A stretch of 64,000 nucleotides of DNA from Selaginella moellendorffii (Eukaryota; Plantae; Lycopodiophyta), in contig NW_003314264.1 of NCBI RefSeq assembly GCF_000143415.4, positions 4,258,621 through 4,322,620 of the forward strand, read 5' to 3'. Position 1 is the first letter of the stretch. Each line of letters begins with the position of its first letter. Position numbers and translations under genes: made by a program. A model generated the notes under the pieces. It was not told where the DNA came from. It saw only the letters and a program-made list of their open reading frames with translations, and did no database searches. Of the stretch, positions 12,346 through 24,762 are shown piece by piece.

Positions 12346-14168
12346 TGTGAGACACAAAATCCCTAGGCCCCAAAGTGGAGCCGGAAGGGCGCCACGTGGT
12401 AGTGGCCGAAGCGAGAGCCAAACGAGCGTAACACGTTTGGACCAAAAGCTCCGACTTGAAAAGTCAAGAGCGGGAGTGGAACTCCCAAGGAAGCGCTCGA
12501 GGAACGAGCACGAAGCGAGCAAAAAGCGAGGCTCCAAAAAGGGACCCAAAAGGACCAACACATGACACGTGGAAGTGTCCGAGATGGACTCGAGTTGAAG
12601 TCCGAAGTGGAGTCCGAGATGGACTCGAGTTGGAGTCCGAAGTGGAGTCCGAGATGGACTCGAGTTGGAGTCCGAAGTGGAGTCCGAGATGGACCCGAGT
12701 TGGAGTCCGAAGTGGAGTCCGAGATGGAGTCCGAGGTGGACCCGAGATGGACCCGAGATGGACCCGAAATGGAGTCCGAGATGGAATCCGAGATGGACCC
12801 GAGATGGAGTCCGAGATGGAGTCCGAGGTGGACCCGAGATGGACCCGAGATGGACCCGAGATGGACCCGAGATGGACCCGAGATGGACCCGAGATGGAGT
12901 CCGAGATGGAGTCCGAGATGGACCCGAGATGGAGTCCGAGATGGAGTCCGAGATGGACCCGAGATGGAGTCCGAGATGGAGTCCGAGATGGAGTCCGAGA
13001 TGGAGTCCAAAGTCGAGACCGAGACCGAGACCGGGACCGAGACCGAGACCGAGACCGAGATCGGGACCGAGACCGAGACCGAGGCCGAGGCCGAGACCGA
13101 GGCCGAGTCCGAGTCCGAGTCCGAGTCCGAGTCCGAGTCCGAGTCCGAGTCCGAGTCCGAGTTCGAGTCTGAGAGGGTGAAAGCCCAAAGCGTTCGTCTC
13201 CCAGACCCTGGGGGGTTTGGTGAGCTCCAAAAGTATAGTAGGGGGGAGGACTGCAGTGGAGCCAGTTTGGCCAGGAAAGGCCAGTTTGGCCCAGGAAGGC
13301 TGGACCCAGTGTTGGGTGATGAGCTGCCCACTGGGAAGTCCAAGACTAGAGTGAACACGGACTGACAAGCGAGGTAGCTTGGTGAAGTGTTCAAGAGCCG
13401 GCTCTAGTTCCCCCGGGAGATCGACTGGCCGATGCTCCCAGTCCAAGTGTGGGTGGCACTACCTACTTGGATACCTGGTGTGGCTCAACGGAACCCGCTC
13501 TAAGCCCATGGCTAGAGCACCCAAGGGCAGAAGGCGAGGAGAGTACCCAGGTGGCTCGCGTAAGGCCACGGTGTTCCGAAATGTTGTCCCAAAGGCCCAG
13601 ACTGTGGAAAGGAAGAGGAGCAGTCCTCTGGGGTAGTGACCAAGGACACAGTCGTGTGGTGAGGAAGTCCCAGAGGACCGTGGGACTTAGTGGTCGGGCC
13701 TGTGGGTCTCGCTCCAGTGGCAGTGTTGGCAAACACGGCCAGGGGCAGAAAGGGACTTAGTGGGGACTGACGAAGGGATATTGGGGAAGGCTATTCCCCT
13801 TGTCGGTGGGCATCCTAAGGATGCTAAGGAGTGGATCTGAGATGACCACTCACGGACGGTTTGCCTAGTCTTGGAGAGCCAAGACTGTGATGCAAGTGGT
13901 ATTGGACTACCAGTGTGGCAAAGGTGATTAGGCATGGCCTTAGCGTAACGGGCTGCTATGTCGGTGGTACCTTTGAGTGTCGGTCATGGGATCGGACACG
14001 TGGAGCACTTGGACCAAGTGCAAATGTTGAGTGGCATGGATGCCATTCTTGGGGCTAGCAAGTCCCCAGTCCTGGATTGGACTTATGGAGGTTGTGAATG
14101 AGACTCCTCCAAGTGGTCAAAGGTGTGGTTAAGTGACTAAAGTAGAATGGAAAATTTAGTCGCCTACA
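12346..14168 (+). repeat. 3' LTR (1823 bp) with longer minisatellite ~12579-13169
   Basis: Preceded by ATGGGTGGTGGAGT; ends CCTACA followed by the TSD. Confidence 0.95.
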
Positions 14169-14339
14169 TGTAGGTGGTGTTAGTTCTTCCTAATCTCTTT
14201 ATGCAAATCATTTCAATTGTTGTATATGCATAATTTCTGGAGGATTGGCATGTTAGATGTTACGCTAAATCTTATAAACTTGCACTCTAACTTTCCATAA
14301 CACCAAATTATAAACAATCAACTCCCCAAGGTATCGTAA

Positions 14340-14980
14340 ACTAAAGCCCAAAGTAATCATCTCTAGGGTGGGGTTGTTGTAGGGGGTTCTAAAAGTATAG
14401 TAGGGATAGTAAGGTGTAGGAACTAATCTTGAAAAAACTCTTTAGTGGTGATTTCAAATTGATTTGAGGTTGAGGTTCGGGGTTAAACCCAAGGCCTCTA
14501 ACCCTTAATCTCAACCTCAATTTAATTTGAAAGCACCATTGGAGAATTCCTTCAAGACTAGTTCATATATTTGGGTGACCTCTAGGGAAGTCTAAATTCA
14601 AGAGTTTAATTGGTATTAAACTAGTCTTGGGTCCGACTCTGTTAGTTGGCTAAGAGAATCACACTACATGTTAAATGAAATTTGGCAAATTCAATTTGCT
14701 TTAGCTGAACTTAACCCGAGGGCTAATGTGTCAAAAGAGTGGGGCTCTAAAGAGAGCTACAACTTTTACTTTTTGTTTATAAAGACATGAACTTATAAAA
14801 AAATGTGATGGATTGTAAATAACTAAAGAAAAAAACTTAACAAATGGTCCATAAAGGTTTAAATATACAAAAAGAGCCCATAAATAAGAGTATACCCCCT
14901 TTTCCAATTAGTTAAGGGTTTTAGGATATTTAAAGTTAAAAATCCTTGGGTTTGAATAATACTAGGCTAGATGACTGGCA
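14340..14980 (+). mobile_element. Decayed LTR fragment(s) of a related family
   Basis: Contains the shared core AAAAGTATAGTAGGG; segments resemble 51650-51800 (reverse complement) and 35090-35490. Confidence 0.5.
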
Positions 14981-15437
14981 TATGGATCTGCTTCGTGGTT
15001 ATCCTATGGTAAATCACCTGTCAAGTGCTCCAGACTGTGGAGCTGCGAGGAGCTGAGGCTTGACTAAGTGATCCAAGTCACAAGCTCGCTGGAGCTATAA
15101 AGCCTGTCAAAGTGGAATGTTTCCATCTCCTTATGAGGAAATCTTGAATACAATGCAAACTGTAAAAGTGAAAAAATCACTTAGCAGGAATAAAGATGCC
15201 AGCTGATTTTTTTTTTACCCTAGCCAAGAAATGGGAATCAAATTCTGTCTTGCCAAGCTCCAAGCTCAAAGGCTGGCTGGTTAACTAAACAAGAAGCACA
15301 AGTGAACTGCCTCAATGAGCCCTAATCTTCATCTCTATTTTTCTTTCTGGCTCTTGTTTTGGTCAGAACAATCTTTTTATTGTTTAGAGTGTCACTGATC
15401 CTTTTTTTTTCCTCTCTGGGAATTTGTGGCTTTACAG

Positions 15438-15530
15438 CTCAAGATATGCTCCTATTCTTGTTGGGATGGTTCAAAAAGTTTCCAGAGTTTAAAAGTTCCA
15501 ACCTCTACATCATTGGCGAGAGCTATGTAG
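15438..15530 (+). pseudogene. Isolated serine carboxypeptidase-like (SCPL, S10) exon
   Basis: AG/GT-bounded exon encoding [32 protein letters not shown] (GESYAG-type catalytic Ser motif); no neighbouring exons recognised. Confidence 0.8.
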
Positions 15531-15729
15531 GTTTGATCTTTTATGCCTTGAGACTGCTGTAAGGGGTGGTAGGAGTTTTGCCTATGTTGGGTGATGGTTA
15601 GTTAGTCACTAGAGGGCCCTCCTCTACTCCCGTGACTCCTTGTTTCCCAGAAGAATTGCTCCAATCCTCATGAGTCTTTGTGTCTAGACCATTGTACCAT
15701 TGCAAAGTTGTGCCCTACAAATATGTAGG

Positions 15730-15964
15730 AAACTCCCGCAAACAACATGCATCATCCCAAAAATGATAGGAAGCAAGTGTTAATCGCATGATGGCTACAA
15801 GGGAGAACATAAGAGAAAAAATAGTTTACTTCTAGCTTTCTCATCTCTACAGAGACAAGCTTACTTGATTTTATCTTCTCCAGTTGTGATGAAGAAATCA
15901 TCACTATGCATGCTCCACACCCTCCTTCTCCACATCCCAATTTTGTTCCAGTCAAGCTGAGCCC
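15730..15964 (-). pseudogene. Xanthine dehydrogenase/aldehyde oxidase N-terminal 2Fe-2S exon fragments
   Basis: LTGTKLGCGEGGCGACIVMIS exon (15865-15964), GT-AG intron 15795-15864, next exon HHAINTC then decays. Confidence 0.8.
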
Positions 15965-16184
15965 TGAAAATAATTACAACTTATTATTTAATTTAATAAT
16001 GCACAAACCATTCAACCTAACATTGGCAAAAGCTCAAAATAACTCAAGGACTATTGTCAATATTCTATCCAATCCAGAATGCACAATGGCTTTTACCACT
16101 TATAATTATGTCTAAGAAAAATGGCAAGCCATGACTAAGCGGCCACAGTCAAACAGCCACAATGAATCTCACAGCGTCACAATA

Positions 16185-16325
16185 GCCATAGCCAATGCCA
16201 TCCAACAGCCAGCAGCCATGACCAATGCTATCTAGTGGCCAGCAGCTATGACCAATGCCATCCAAGGGCCAGTGGTGCTATGGCCAAGGCCATAGTGCCA
16301 TAGCTAGGGCTGTGGCCAGAACTAT
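16185..16325 (+). repeat. Degenerate ~30-bp tandem repeat
   Basis: GCCATGACCAATGCCATCCAACAGCCAGCA-like units, 3-4 copies. Confidence 0.6.
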
Positions 16326-17609
16326 GGCCAATACACACTATTGCAAACCTATAGCCATGAAGTTACACTTAATTGATCTAGTTACGGAACGAATCTGATG
16401 ATTTGAAGAGGCCAATTTGGCGCCTTGCCAAAGTGTGATATCGTCTCATGATAATGTTATATTAGAACAAAAGAGAAAGTCTGTGTTTGATCAAGTGGAA
16501 AAAAAAAAAGGAGAAGACTTCTTACCTTGTATCAAAAGAATGTTAAACTTTAACACTAAACCGGACCAGATAACAGTCCCAGCACTATCATGCTCTTTCA
16601 CAGGAAACACCTCTCCAGTGAATCAAGCTGGACATGAGGAACTGCACCGTCTGGAGTCCCAGACAGCACCCAAATGCATAGTCCCATCCAAGGACTTTCC
16701 CAAGAAGCTCTCCGGCATGAACTTCAGTGGCTTGTCAATACCATGACGTCCACATCTAATCTGCCTTGGTGGGTTAGATCAATCCTGGTAGACCTGTTGG
16801 AAGTAAGGTCAGCGTTGCTGCCACCTTCCTCCTTCCTCCACCCTGGCTGCCATCATCTCTAATTGATTGTAGTACTCACCAATCTTCATACAAGTCAGAT
16901 AGCCATTCTCGTTGTTAGCTTCATGTGAAGTGTGAGGAAGTGGGTACACATTTGGAATAGACCCATTCATTGGACTATGTGTTCTTCGGGATGATTTGGT
17001 TGAGATCAACTTTGATTAGTGTTTTGAATTCAAGGTATGCCTTGAGAATTTGAGCTTCTTGGTAATAGATGATTCCTGTTTATTTCTTGACTGGGAAAGT
17101 AAGTGTTTAGTCATGCTAAAGTATCATTCTGCTGAAAAAACTGTTAGCCATGGTAGGATCTTTAGGTCAAGACCAGCAGCCACAACAGTCTGGCTCATGC
17201 CCTTTTACAGTGGGTTAAAAAAAGATATCATTGAGAGAGATGAAACTATTGGTGAAAAAGAAAAATGAATATATGAGTTAAAACGGAAAATGCAGGTAAG
17301 AGAATGTTTAAAGGAATTCAGATATTAATTGTATTATTGTGTCAATTATTTTTTTGTTTTCTAGGATCTTCTCTTCAAATCGTTGTGTATTCAAGTAATG
17401 CCTCTAACGTACCATGTACCACTGCTGCCCCAGTGGCAGATGCTGGAGGATTACTGTGTGCCAATCCTTTGAGATGGAGTGAAAGTGGCAAAGTGAGGGG
17501 ATTGGGAGGAGAGTGATGAGGTGGTGTTGGAATAGTACTGGGCTGGGTAGGGATCCATCTTTATTAGTCCTTCAAAGAGAAAAAAGGCAAAGAGAAAAGA
17601 AAAAAAATG

Positions 17610-17751
17610 TGGTTTCTCTCAGATCCCAAGAGTTGATTACTCTGAAACTTATAGCCCTGTTGTAAAGCTGATGACAATTTGTGTTTTGATTTGCCTTGCA
17701 GCTGAGCTCGACCTGGAGCTCCATCAACTTGATGTGAAAACTGCTTTCCTA
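17610..17751 (+). mobile_element. Ty1/Copia reverse transcriptase fragment
   Basis: GFSQIPRVDYSETYSPVVK...LELHQLDVKTAFL. Confidence 0.85.
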
Positions 17752-18068
17752 ACCAGTGTAAATCAAAGCACTTGGCAGTGCACTAGTGAAGATTTTAAGA
17801 CAAGTGCACTGGCCCCCTTCAATGATATACTAGCCACTAGGTCGCCATGGTGACAACACAAGACTAGTGACCCTCTGAGTACCTCCTCAAGAACTAGCCA
17901 TGGAGCGAGAACCATGTGGGATCCCCTCCGCGAGCAAACCAACTCGTCCATCACAGCCCGGGACAATGTCTCAGCACAGCAAAGTTTGCACAGTGGATGG
18001 ACATGGAAAGGATGATGGGTGCATTTTTGGAACTAGTGGCAGGGATGTGCTGCCACAGAGGTCCCCAG

Positions 18069-18530
18069 GTCGAGTAACTTGGATATTTTATTCCCCATCG
18101 TCCCCTAGGGACCACCTCTTGAAGCAAAGTACATCATAGACCCCTCACTTAACCCAAACAGTGTCGGTGAGGGGAAGTCAAGAGCGCACTCTCTAGTGAA
18201 ACTCTAGCGAAACTCTCATGCGAAACTCACTCGAGCACGAGGATCTGGTGCCACTCATGGATCACTCACCTCCCAGGTGACTCCTATAGTGGGTGGCTTT
18301 AGTTTCACAGTGGAGTCACCCGGGAGGCAAGGCAAGTGGTCCACAAGCAGCACCAGATCATCGTGCTTGAGTGAGTTTCACATGTGAGTTTTGCTAGAGT
18401 TCCTAGAGAGTGCACTCTCGACTGCCCCTCACCGACACCATTTGGGTTATGTGAGGGGTCTATCTTGTACTTTTGCTTCACATGGTGGTCCCAGGAGGAC
18501 AATGGGGAAATGGAAATACCAGCTACTCGA
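18069..18530. repeat. Long imperfect inverted repeat (foldback), arms ~220 bp, ~20-nt spacer
   Basis: e.g. GACCCCTCACTTAACCCAAA...GTGTCGGTGAGGGG on the left pairs with CCCCTCACCGACAC...TTTGGGTTATGTGAGGGGTC on the right. Confidence 0.85.
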
Positions 18531-19339
18531 TGATGTTGTTGTGGCCTTCACTGTTATTCCAACTTACAGAATTGCCAGCGGCCAGCTGCTGACATCAAGG
18601 AACTCCACATGATTCTTGGATCTCTACACCTTTACTAGCCAGCAAAGGAAGGAGGTCTCGCACTGCCACCGCAGCCAAGTTCTTGGGCATCTCATGATTA
18701 GGCCATGATTTTGTATATAATCGGTATTAACTGTAGGATTAACTTAGGGGACCAAAGGATTTGCTAAAGAGGAGGCTTTGCTTGAGGGGTGACCGCTCTC
18801 TTAGCCGTATGGATCCCCTTGTAATCAAAATAGGGCCGCTCTGGTGGACTGCACGCTGACATCTCCATAAGAGAAGAGCGCTATGACGGTCTGTCAGGGC
18901 TGGCCTGCAAATCTTAACAGCTAAAGAAGGATGTTTACTTAGCTCTTCTCAGGTCCCATCCTTTGCATTTGGCTGCCCTACGAAGTCCTGGAAGCGTCCA
19001 TTGATGAGCTTCATGGTTTCTTAATTAATTTTCTTATGATATTATGTTATCCAACTCTAATATATAACACTCTACTCTACACTTTTAGTGCTTATAAGTT
19101 TATTTGAGGTATGAAGATGAGGCTCACTGCTGACTTGCTTGCAAATGTGTCTCTCAAGGTTAATCAAAATATAATATAGAAAATAAGATATGAATCAAGT
19201 ATAGCACCAACCTCAAACTCTGGTTCACCAACAATAACTGTAGGAGAAGGAGTTGGAGGAATACAAGCAAGATCTGCAAGGGACAGCTTTGCAGTGGTAT
19301 AATGGTCTGGATATGGAGACTTGTGAGGATTGGAGTGTC

Positions 19340-19579
19340 CTTCTGGGAGTTTTCAAACTGTAGTACTTGACAAATTCACAAACCTTGTCTGCGCTTGGAG
19401 TGGATTTCTTGATCGCATCCATGGAATTCACAGCGTCAATCCACTTGTAGAGATTAGGCCACTCTTCCCGGCCTAGAAGCTCGAATCCTCCCACCTTCTG
19501 GTACCCTTTGAACCAGCAGATGAATAGAGCCAGTGCAACATCCACAAAGTTCATGGCGTCACCACCGAAGACTTGCCTA
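19340..19579 (-). pseudogene. Tau-class glutathione S-transferase C-terminal domain, 3' part (split by chromovirus insertion)
   Basis: FGGDAMNFVDVALALFICWFKGYQKVGGFELLGREEWPNLYKWIDAV...PSADKVCEF. Confidence 0.8.
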
Positions 19580-19950
19580 TGTCAAGACCCCCAACAAGAT
19601 CAAGACTGGAAAATGCAAAAGACAAAGAGAAAAGCTAGTGAAAATGAAAAAAAGGCCTTAGATTGGCATTGATTCAGATTGTGGGAAAATGAAACAAGGC
19701 TCACCTATATATACTATAGGTTGATGAAGCTCCACCACTCTTGGATCGAGGACATCTTAAATATAATTGAGGTCGAGAAGGTGCCACATCATCATCAGGA
19801 ATGTGGCTCGAGACTTAGGAATCATACTAGAAATCGAGAGTCAGGAATAGGGAAGTGTCTCGAGAGTCAGGAATGTGATCTATAAGTCAGGAATCCAGCG
19901 AGAGTCAGGAATGTGGCAAGAATTGGGGGATTCCTGACAACACCCCTTCC

Positions 19951-22900
19951 TCAAGAACGAGTGGAATGAGGATGTGAATGAGAACGAAGAGGAGGATGAG
20001 ATGGGTGGCGAGGGATGGGAGATGGAGAAAAAGAATGAGGACTGAGACGAGAAGGATAGCGGTGGTAGAAGTCCTGAACAAGGTCAGGAGAATGAATCAG
20101 GTTGTTTGCAGGTTCCCAAGTGTGTTTTTCAGGTTCATAACCCTTCCAATCGACCAGATAGTAGAGTTTAGACCGTGAGATCTTGGAATTAAGGATGTCC
20201 TGAACCTCGTTCTCAGACCCATTCTCGAGCTGCACTGGTGGAGACGGAGGAATGAACCGATTTGGAATAGAATTGGGAATATAAGGCTCAAGGAGAGAGG
20301 AGTGAAAAACAGGGTGAATTTGATATAAGGAGGGAAGTGCAAGGTGATAAGTGACAGGATTAATGATAGCAGTGATAAGGAAAGGACCGTGGCATTTGAA
20401 ATCGAGTTTGGGACATGGCTTGGTGGTGGAGATATTTTGCCTGAGGAGCCAGACTTTTTCCCCGATATTGTAAAGGGGACAATCCTGACGATGGACATTG
20501 GCAAATGTTTTGTGAGATTCCTGAGCACGATAGAGGTGGAAGGAGATGGAGTTGTGGATTTCCTGGAGGTTGGAGACAAATGCCTCAGAGCGGGGATTTG
20601 AACGAGAGGATTCGGATGGAGAAGGAAGTGAGAGATTGAATCAAGGATTTTGGCCAGAGTTCGCAAAGAAGGGGGAAACTCGAAGAGAGGAGTGAACAGA
20701 GTTGTTATAGGAGAACTCAGCAAAGGGAAGGATATTGAACGAGTCATTCTGATGATAATTGATGAAGCACCTCAGGAATTGTTCCAACGTTTGAATCATT
20801 CGCTCGGACTGTCCATCAGTTTGAGGATGATACCCCGAAGAGAGGTTGGCCTTCACTCCAAGCAGCTACAAAAACCGTTGCCAGAAATGAGAGATGAACT
20901 GAGGTTCCTGATCCGAAACCACATCTGCAGGAATCCCATGAAGTCAGAAAATTTCCCTGAATACCAGTTTTGCCATGTCCTCGCCTGAAAACTCCTTGGT
21001 ACATGGCAGGAAGTGCATCATTTTTGTGAAGCGATCCACCACAACTAAAATGCTATTGAAGCCTCCAGAACTCGGAAGATCACTCAAGAAATCCATGGAG
21101 ATGGATTCCCAAGGACCTGAAGGGACCAGGAGGGAACAAAGCAAACCTGAAGGAAGGTGGCGAGGTACCTTATTTTGGGCGCAAGTGTCACAGGAGGTAA
21201 CAAAACTTTAATGTAGTCGTCCATGTGAGGCCACCAAAAGTCCAGTGCAACCAGCTCATAGGTTTTTGCAATGCCGAAGTGACCAACAGTCAGGCTATTG
21301 TGGTATGCCATCAGGACCAACCTTTGAGCATCACCTTGAGGAACATACAGCTGCTCCCCATGGTACAACAAGCCATCTAAGAACTCGAACTCGTCAAATC
21401 GCTGGCAATCGGGAGTCACTGGGTGTCCAGCCTGAAGATGGGGGAAAATGTCATTGGCAAGGTCATCGGATTGAAGATCATTTCTGATCGCATCTATCAA
21501 GGAGGAGTCCTAAGGGGCCAGGGAAATTGCCATAACTTGAAGCCGATCAGGACCAAGGATAACTTGATCCTGTTGATCAAAGGTAGGATTACTAGGCCTG
21601 AGACTGAGATAGGAGCGCCTTGAAAGAGCATCAGGAAGGCCTTGAAGCTTTCTAGGTCTGTACTTGATAACAAAGTCAAACCGAATCAAGAATTGTCCCA
21701 CCTTGCTTAATGACAGCTCAAAACTCGGGAAGTGGTAAAGTACTCGAGATTTTTGTGATCCATCCAAACTGTTGTTTGATGGCTCGCCCCCTCCAAGAAA
21801 CGACGCCACTCTCTAAAGGAATCCATGATGGCAAGGAGCTCCTTGTCGTGGATTTCGTAATTGATCTCCACGGGCTGGAATTTCCAAGAATGGAAGGCAA
21901 TCGGATGAAATTCGTGATCTGCTCCAAGTTGAGACAACACAGCACCGATGGCAAAGTCGGAGGCGTCAGCCTCGATGAAGAAAGGTTGTGAGGGATCAGC
22001 ATGGATCAAGACGGGAGCAGAACTGAAGGCTGCCTTGAGTGTGTTGAAGGCCTGCTGGGCAGCAGCAGACCAAGAGAAGGGAACATCCTTGCGAGTGAGA
22101 TGCGTGAGAGGAAGGACAATGTCAGAGTAGTGATCAATGAATTTGTAGTAGAAGTTAGCGAAGCCAAGGAAAACCTGAACGTCCGACATTGATTGTGGAG
22201 GCTCCCATTCGAGAATAGTCTTGACTTTGGCAGGATCCATCGTGATACCCTTAGGAGTGACAATGTACCCAAGGAACTCCACAGACTCCTGATCGAAGGA
22301 ACATTTCTCAAGCTTCGCGTATAGGCTGTGTTCCCGCAGCTTCGCCAGCACCTTGCGCACATGCTTGTCATGCTCCTCCTGAGTTTTTGAGTAGATGAGG
22401 ATGTCATCGAGGTAGACGATTATTATCTGATCAAGAAACTCCCAAAAGACATCGTTCGCCATGTGTTGGAAAACTGCTGGTGCATTTGTCAAGCCAAATG
22501 GCATGACAGTGTACTCGAAGTGGCCATAGCGGGTTCGGAACGCAGTCTTCCATTCATCACCAGGCCAGATCTGGATCAGGTTGTATGCTCCACGGAGGTC
22601 GATCTTGGTGAAGAAACAAGCACTGCTGAGGCATTCCAACAAGTCCGAGATCAGGGGCAGCAGATAACAGTTCCGAACAGTCACCTTGTTCAAACCTCGG
22701 TAGTCGATGACTAGCTGCAAACTCCCATCCTTCTTCTTGACAAAGAAGATAGGCGCTCCAGCCGGGGACCGCGAATGCAGAATGTACCCCGAGGCAAGGT
22801 TCTCATCCACATATTCTTTGAGGGCCTTAAGCTCGGACGGGGATAACCCATAGATAGGCCCCCACAGAAGTGACCCTCCTTCCTGTAAATCAATGGGACA

Positions 22901-24666
22901 GTCATAAGGCCGATGAACAGGTAGTACACTAGCTTTTTTCTTGTCAAACACATCCCCAAAATCATGATACTTCTCAGGAAGACTAACAGGAAAAACATGC
23001 AAAGCAAAAAAGAAAATAGGTTCTTCATGAAGAAGTTCTTTCATAGTGATTGTGGAGATAGGAGGAGGCGTACGACTAAATGGAATGATGAGATGAGGAT
23101 ACTGTCTAGTGTAAGATGGAAGAGAGGAGAAAGAAGAGGGTGAAAACTTCGTAGAGTCAGGAACAGAACCCCGATTTGAGTTTAGGGAACTTTTCCTGAT
23201 TCAGACTCGATGAACAGTAGGGGAAGCCGTGGGAGATGGTGATGTGGGAGAGACGAGCTATAATTCCTTCCAACAGATCTGAGGTTGATGTAGTTGGAAC
23301 CAAGGGAGGCCAAGCACCACAGAGGAGGACTTGTTGTTGATGATGTTGAAGGCGATATCGGTGATGGTGGACCCGATGTGTACTCAAACAGGCAACGTTT
23401 CCCTAAGTCCAGAAGATGGAGACACAAAATGCCCGCCGATGCCTTCAACCCTCAGATCCTGTATAGTAGGAGAAATAGGAACGTGATGTCGGGCAGCAAA
23501 GTCCGTGTCCATGAAGCAGAAAGTTGCACCCGAGTCCAATAGCGCTAGAGCCTTGAGTCTTGATTGTCTGGTGAAAGAAAGGAGACATGGGATGCGGAAG
23601 TTGCAAGAATTGGTGGTGGCTTTGATGAAAGGTGGTGAGGAGCTTGATAAAGAAGAAAAGTGATTTTTATTCAGGGAGTCCAAACAGACAGCTCCTACTC
23701 TATTTGGACAAGGTCTTTTCCCAACTGCAACAGAGGTGGACTTTGAGGCAGAGTGAACTCGAGCAATCGGGGAGGCTTCTTGGGACACACAACTGCTTTG
23801 TGATTAAGATCAGCACAGTAGAGGCAAAGATTATGAGATATTCGACGTTGCTTCTCAACAAGACTCAACTTCCCTCTAATGAGTCGAGGAGTACCAAAAA
23901 TATCCATCGGGACTAGAGCAGTAGGTTCAGGAGTATGCCCCAAAGACTCAAGCTAGAATTCCTGAGTCTGGGACGGGAAAACGGCAGCGCAGCGACTTTC
24001 CTGATGACATTCAAAGAGACGATTGTCGCATCGAATAGCTTTGTTGATAGCATCCGACAGGTCCATGGGATCCTCCATGGTAAGCAGCAAATCCTTGACA
24101 CCGTTATTGAGGCCGAAACGAAATTGATCAATCAGGGCCCGCTCATCCCACTGAGTGTCCAAGGCAAGGAGTTGGAACTCTGCAGCATAGATTGAGGTAA
24201 GATGAGACCCCTGAGAGAGACGTCTCATCTTTGTGGTGGCAGCCCGAACCCGATCCATCTCGCCAAAACATGCTTCGAGCTTCTCTTTGAACAATTGAAG
24301 ATCTATCAGCTCCAGAACCACGACCCCTTTCATGCTCTTCTTCAGGAGAGGAGAAAACCATGACAAAGCTGCACTTTCGAGCAACGTCCCAATTGTGCCA
24401 ATTTGAGACTCGAGAGTGGGGTACTGCCGATGTTGAAGTGCAAAGATCAGCTCCATCTGGTTCAGGAATCCACAAAACTCCGAACGCTTGCTTGAAAATT
24501 TCGCCGGGAAACTCACCTTCGGTTCAGGAACTTTGCTGGATCCTTGAGCCGAAAGTGAAGCAAGCTCCTGCTGCATGCGAAGAAGGGTCGCCTTCAGCTC
24601 AGTATTTTCAAATTGGATTTTCGCAAGGACTTTGGCAAAGAAATCAGGATGGCTTGGAGACTCCAT
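19951..24666 (-). pseudogene. Frameshifted gag-pol of the chromovirus
   Basis: gag ~23953-24666, zinc knuckle CLYCADLNHKAVVC, protease LLDSGA, RT YLDD (ORF 21707-23044), RNase H DASDFAIG/YEIHDKELLAI, integrase PWESISMDF/HPQTDGQSER, chromodomain YLVDWKGYEPEKHTWEP. Confidence 0.9.
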
Positions 24667-24748
24667 TGGCAAAGAAGAAAGAAAAAGGAGGAAAAAAGGC
24701 AAAGGCAGTCAAACAATCAAAACAAGATAAAACAAAAACCGAAAAAAC

Positions 24749-24762
24749 ACAATCTGAATCAA
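24749..24762 (-). promoter_or_regulatory. Self-complementary (non-tRNA) primer-binding site
   Basis: Minus-strand TTGATTCAGATTGT pairs 14/14 with 3' LTR 19669-19682 and 13/14 with 5' LTR 24854-24867. Confidence 0.8.

Larger units (their letters stand above)
6582..14168 (+). mobile_element. Full-length non-autonomous (LARD-like) LTR retrotransposon, 7587 bp
   Basis: LTRs 6582-8220 and 12346-14168 with TG...CA ends; 5-bp TSD TGTAG (6577-6581, 14169-14173); tRNA-iMet-type PBS; purine-rich tract before the 3' LTR; 4.1-kb interior without a long ORF. Confidence 0.95.

Noticed and set aside
16525-16830. Cytochrome P450 gene
   Set aside because: Only a weak PERF-like stretch, no heme FxxGxRxC motif; mentioned only as a possible scrap
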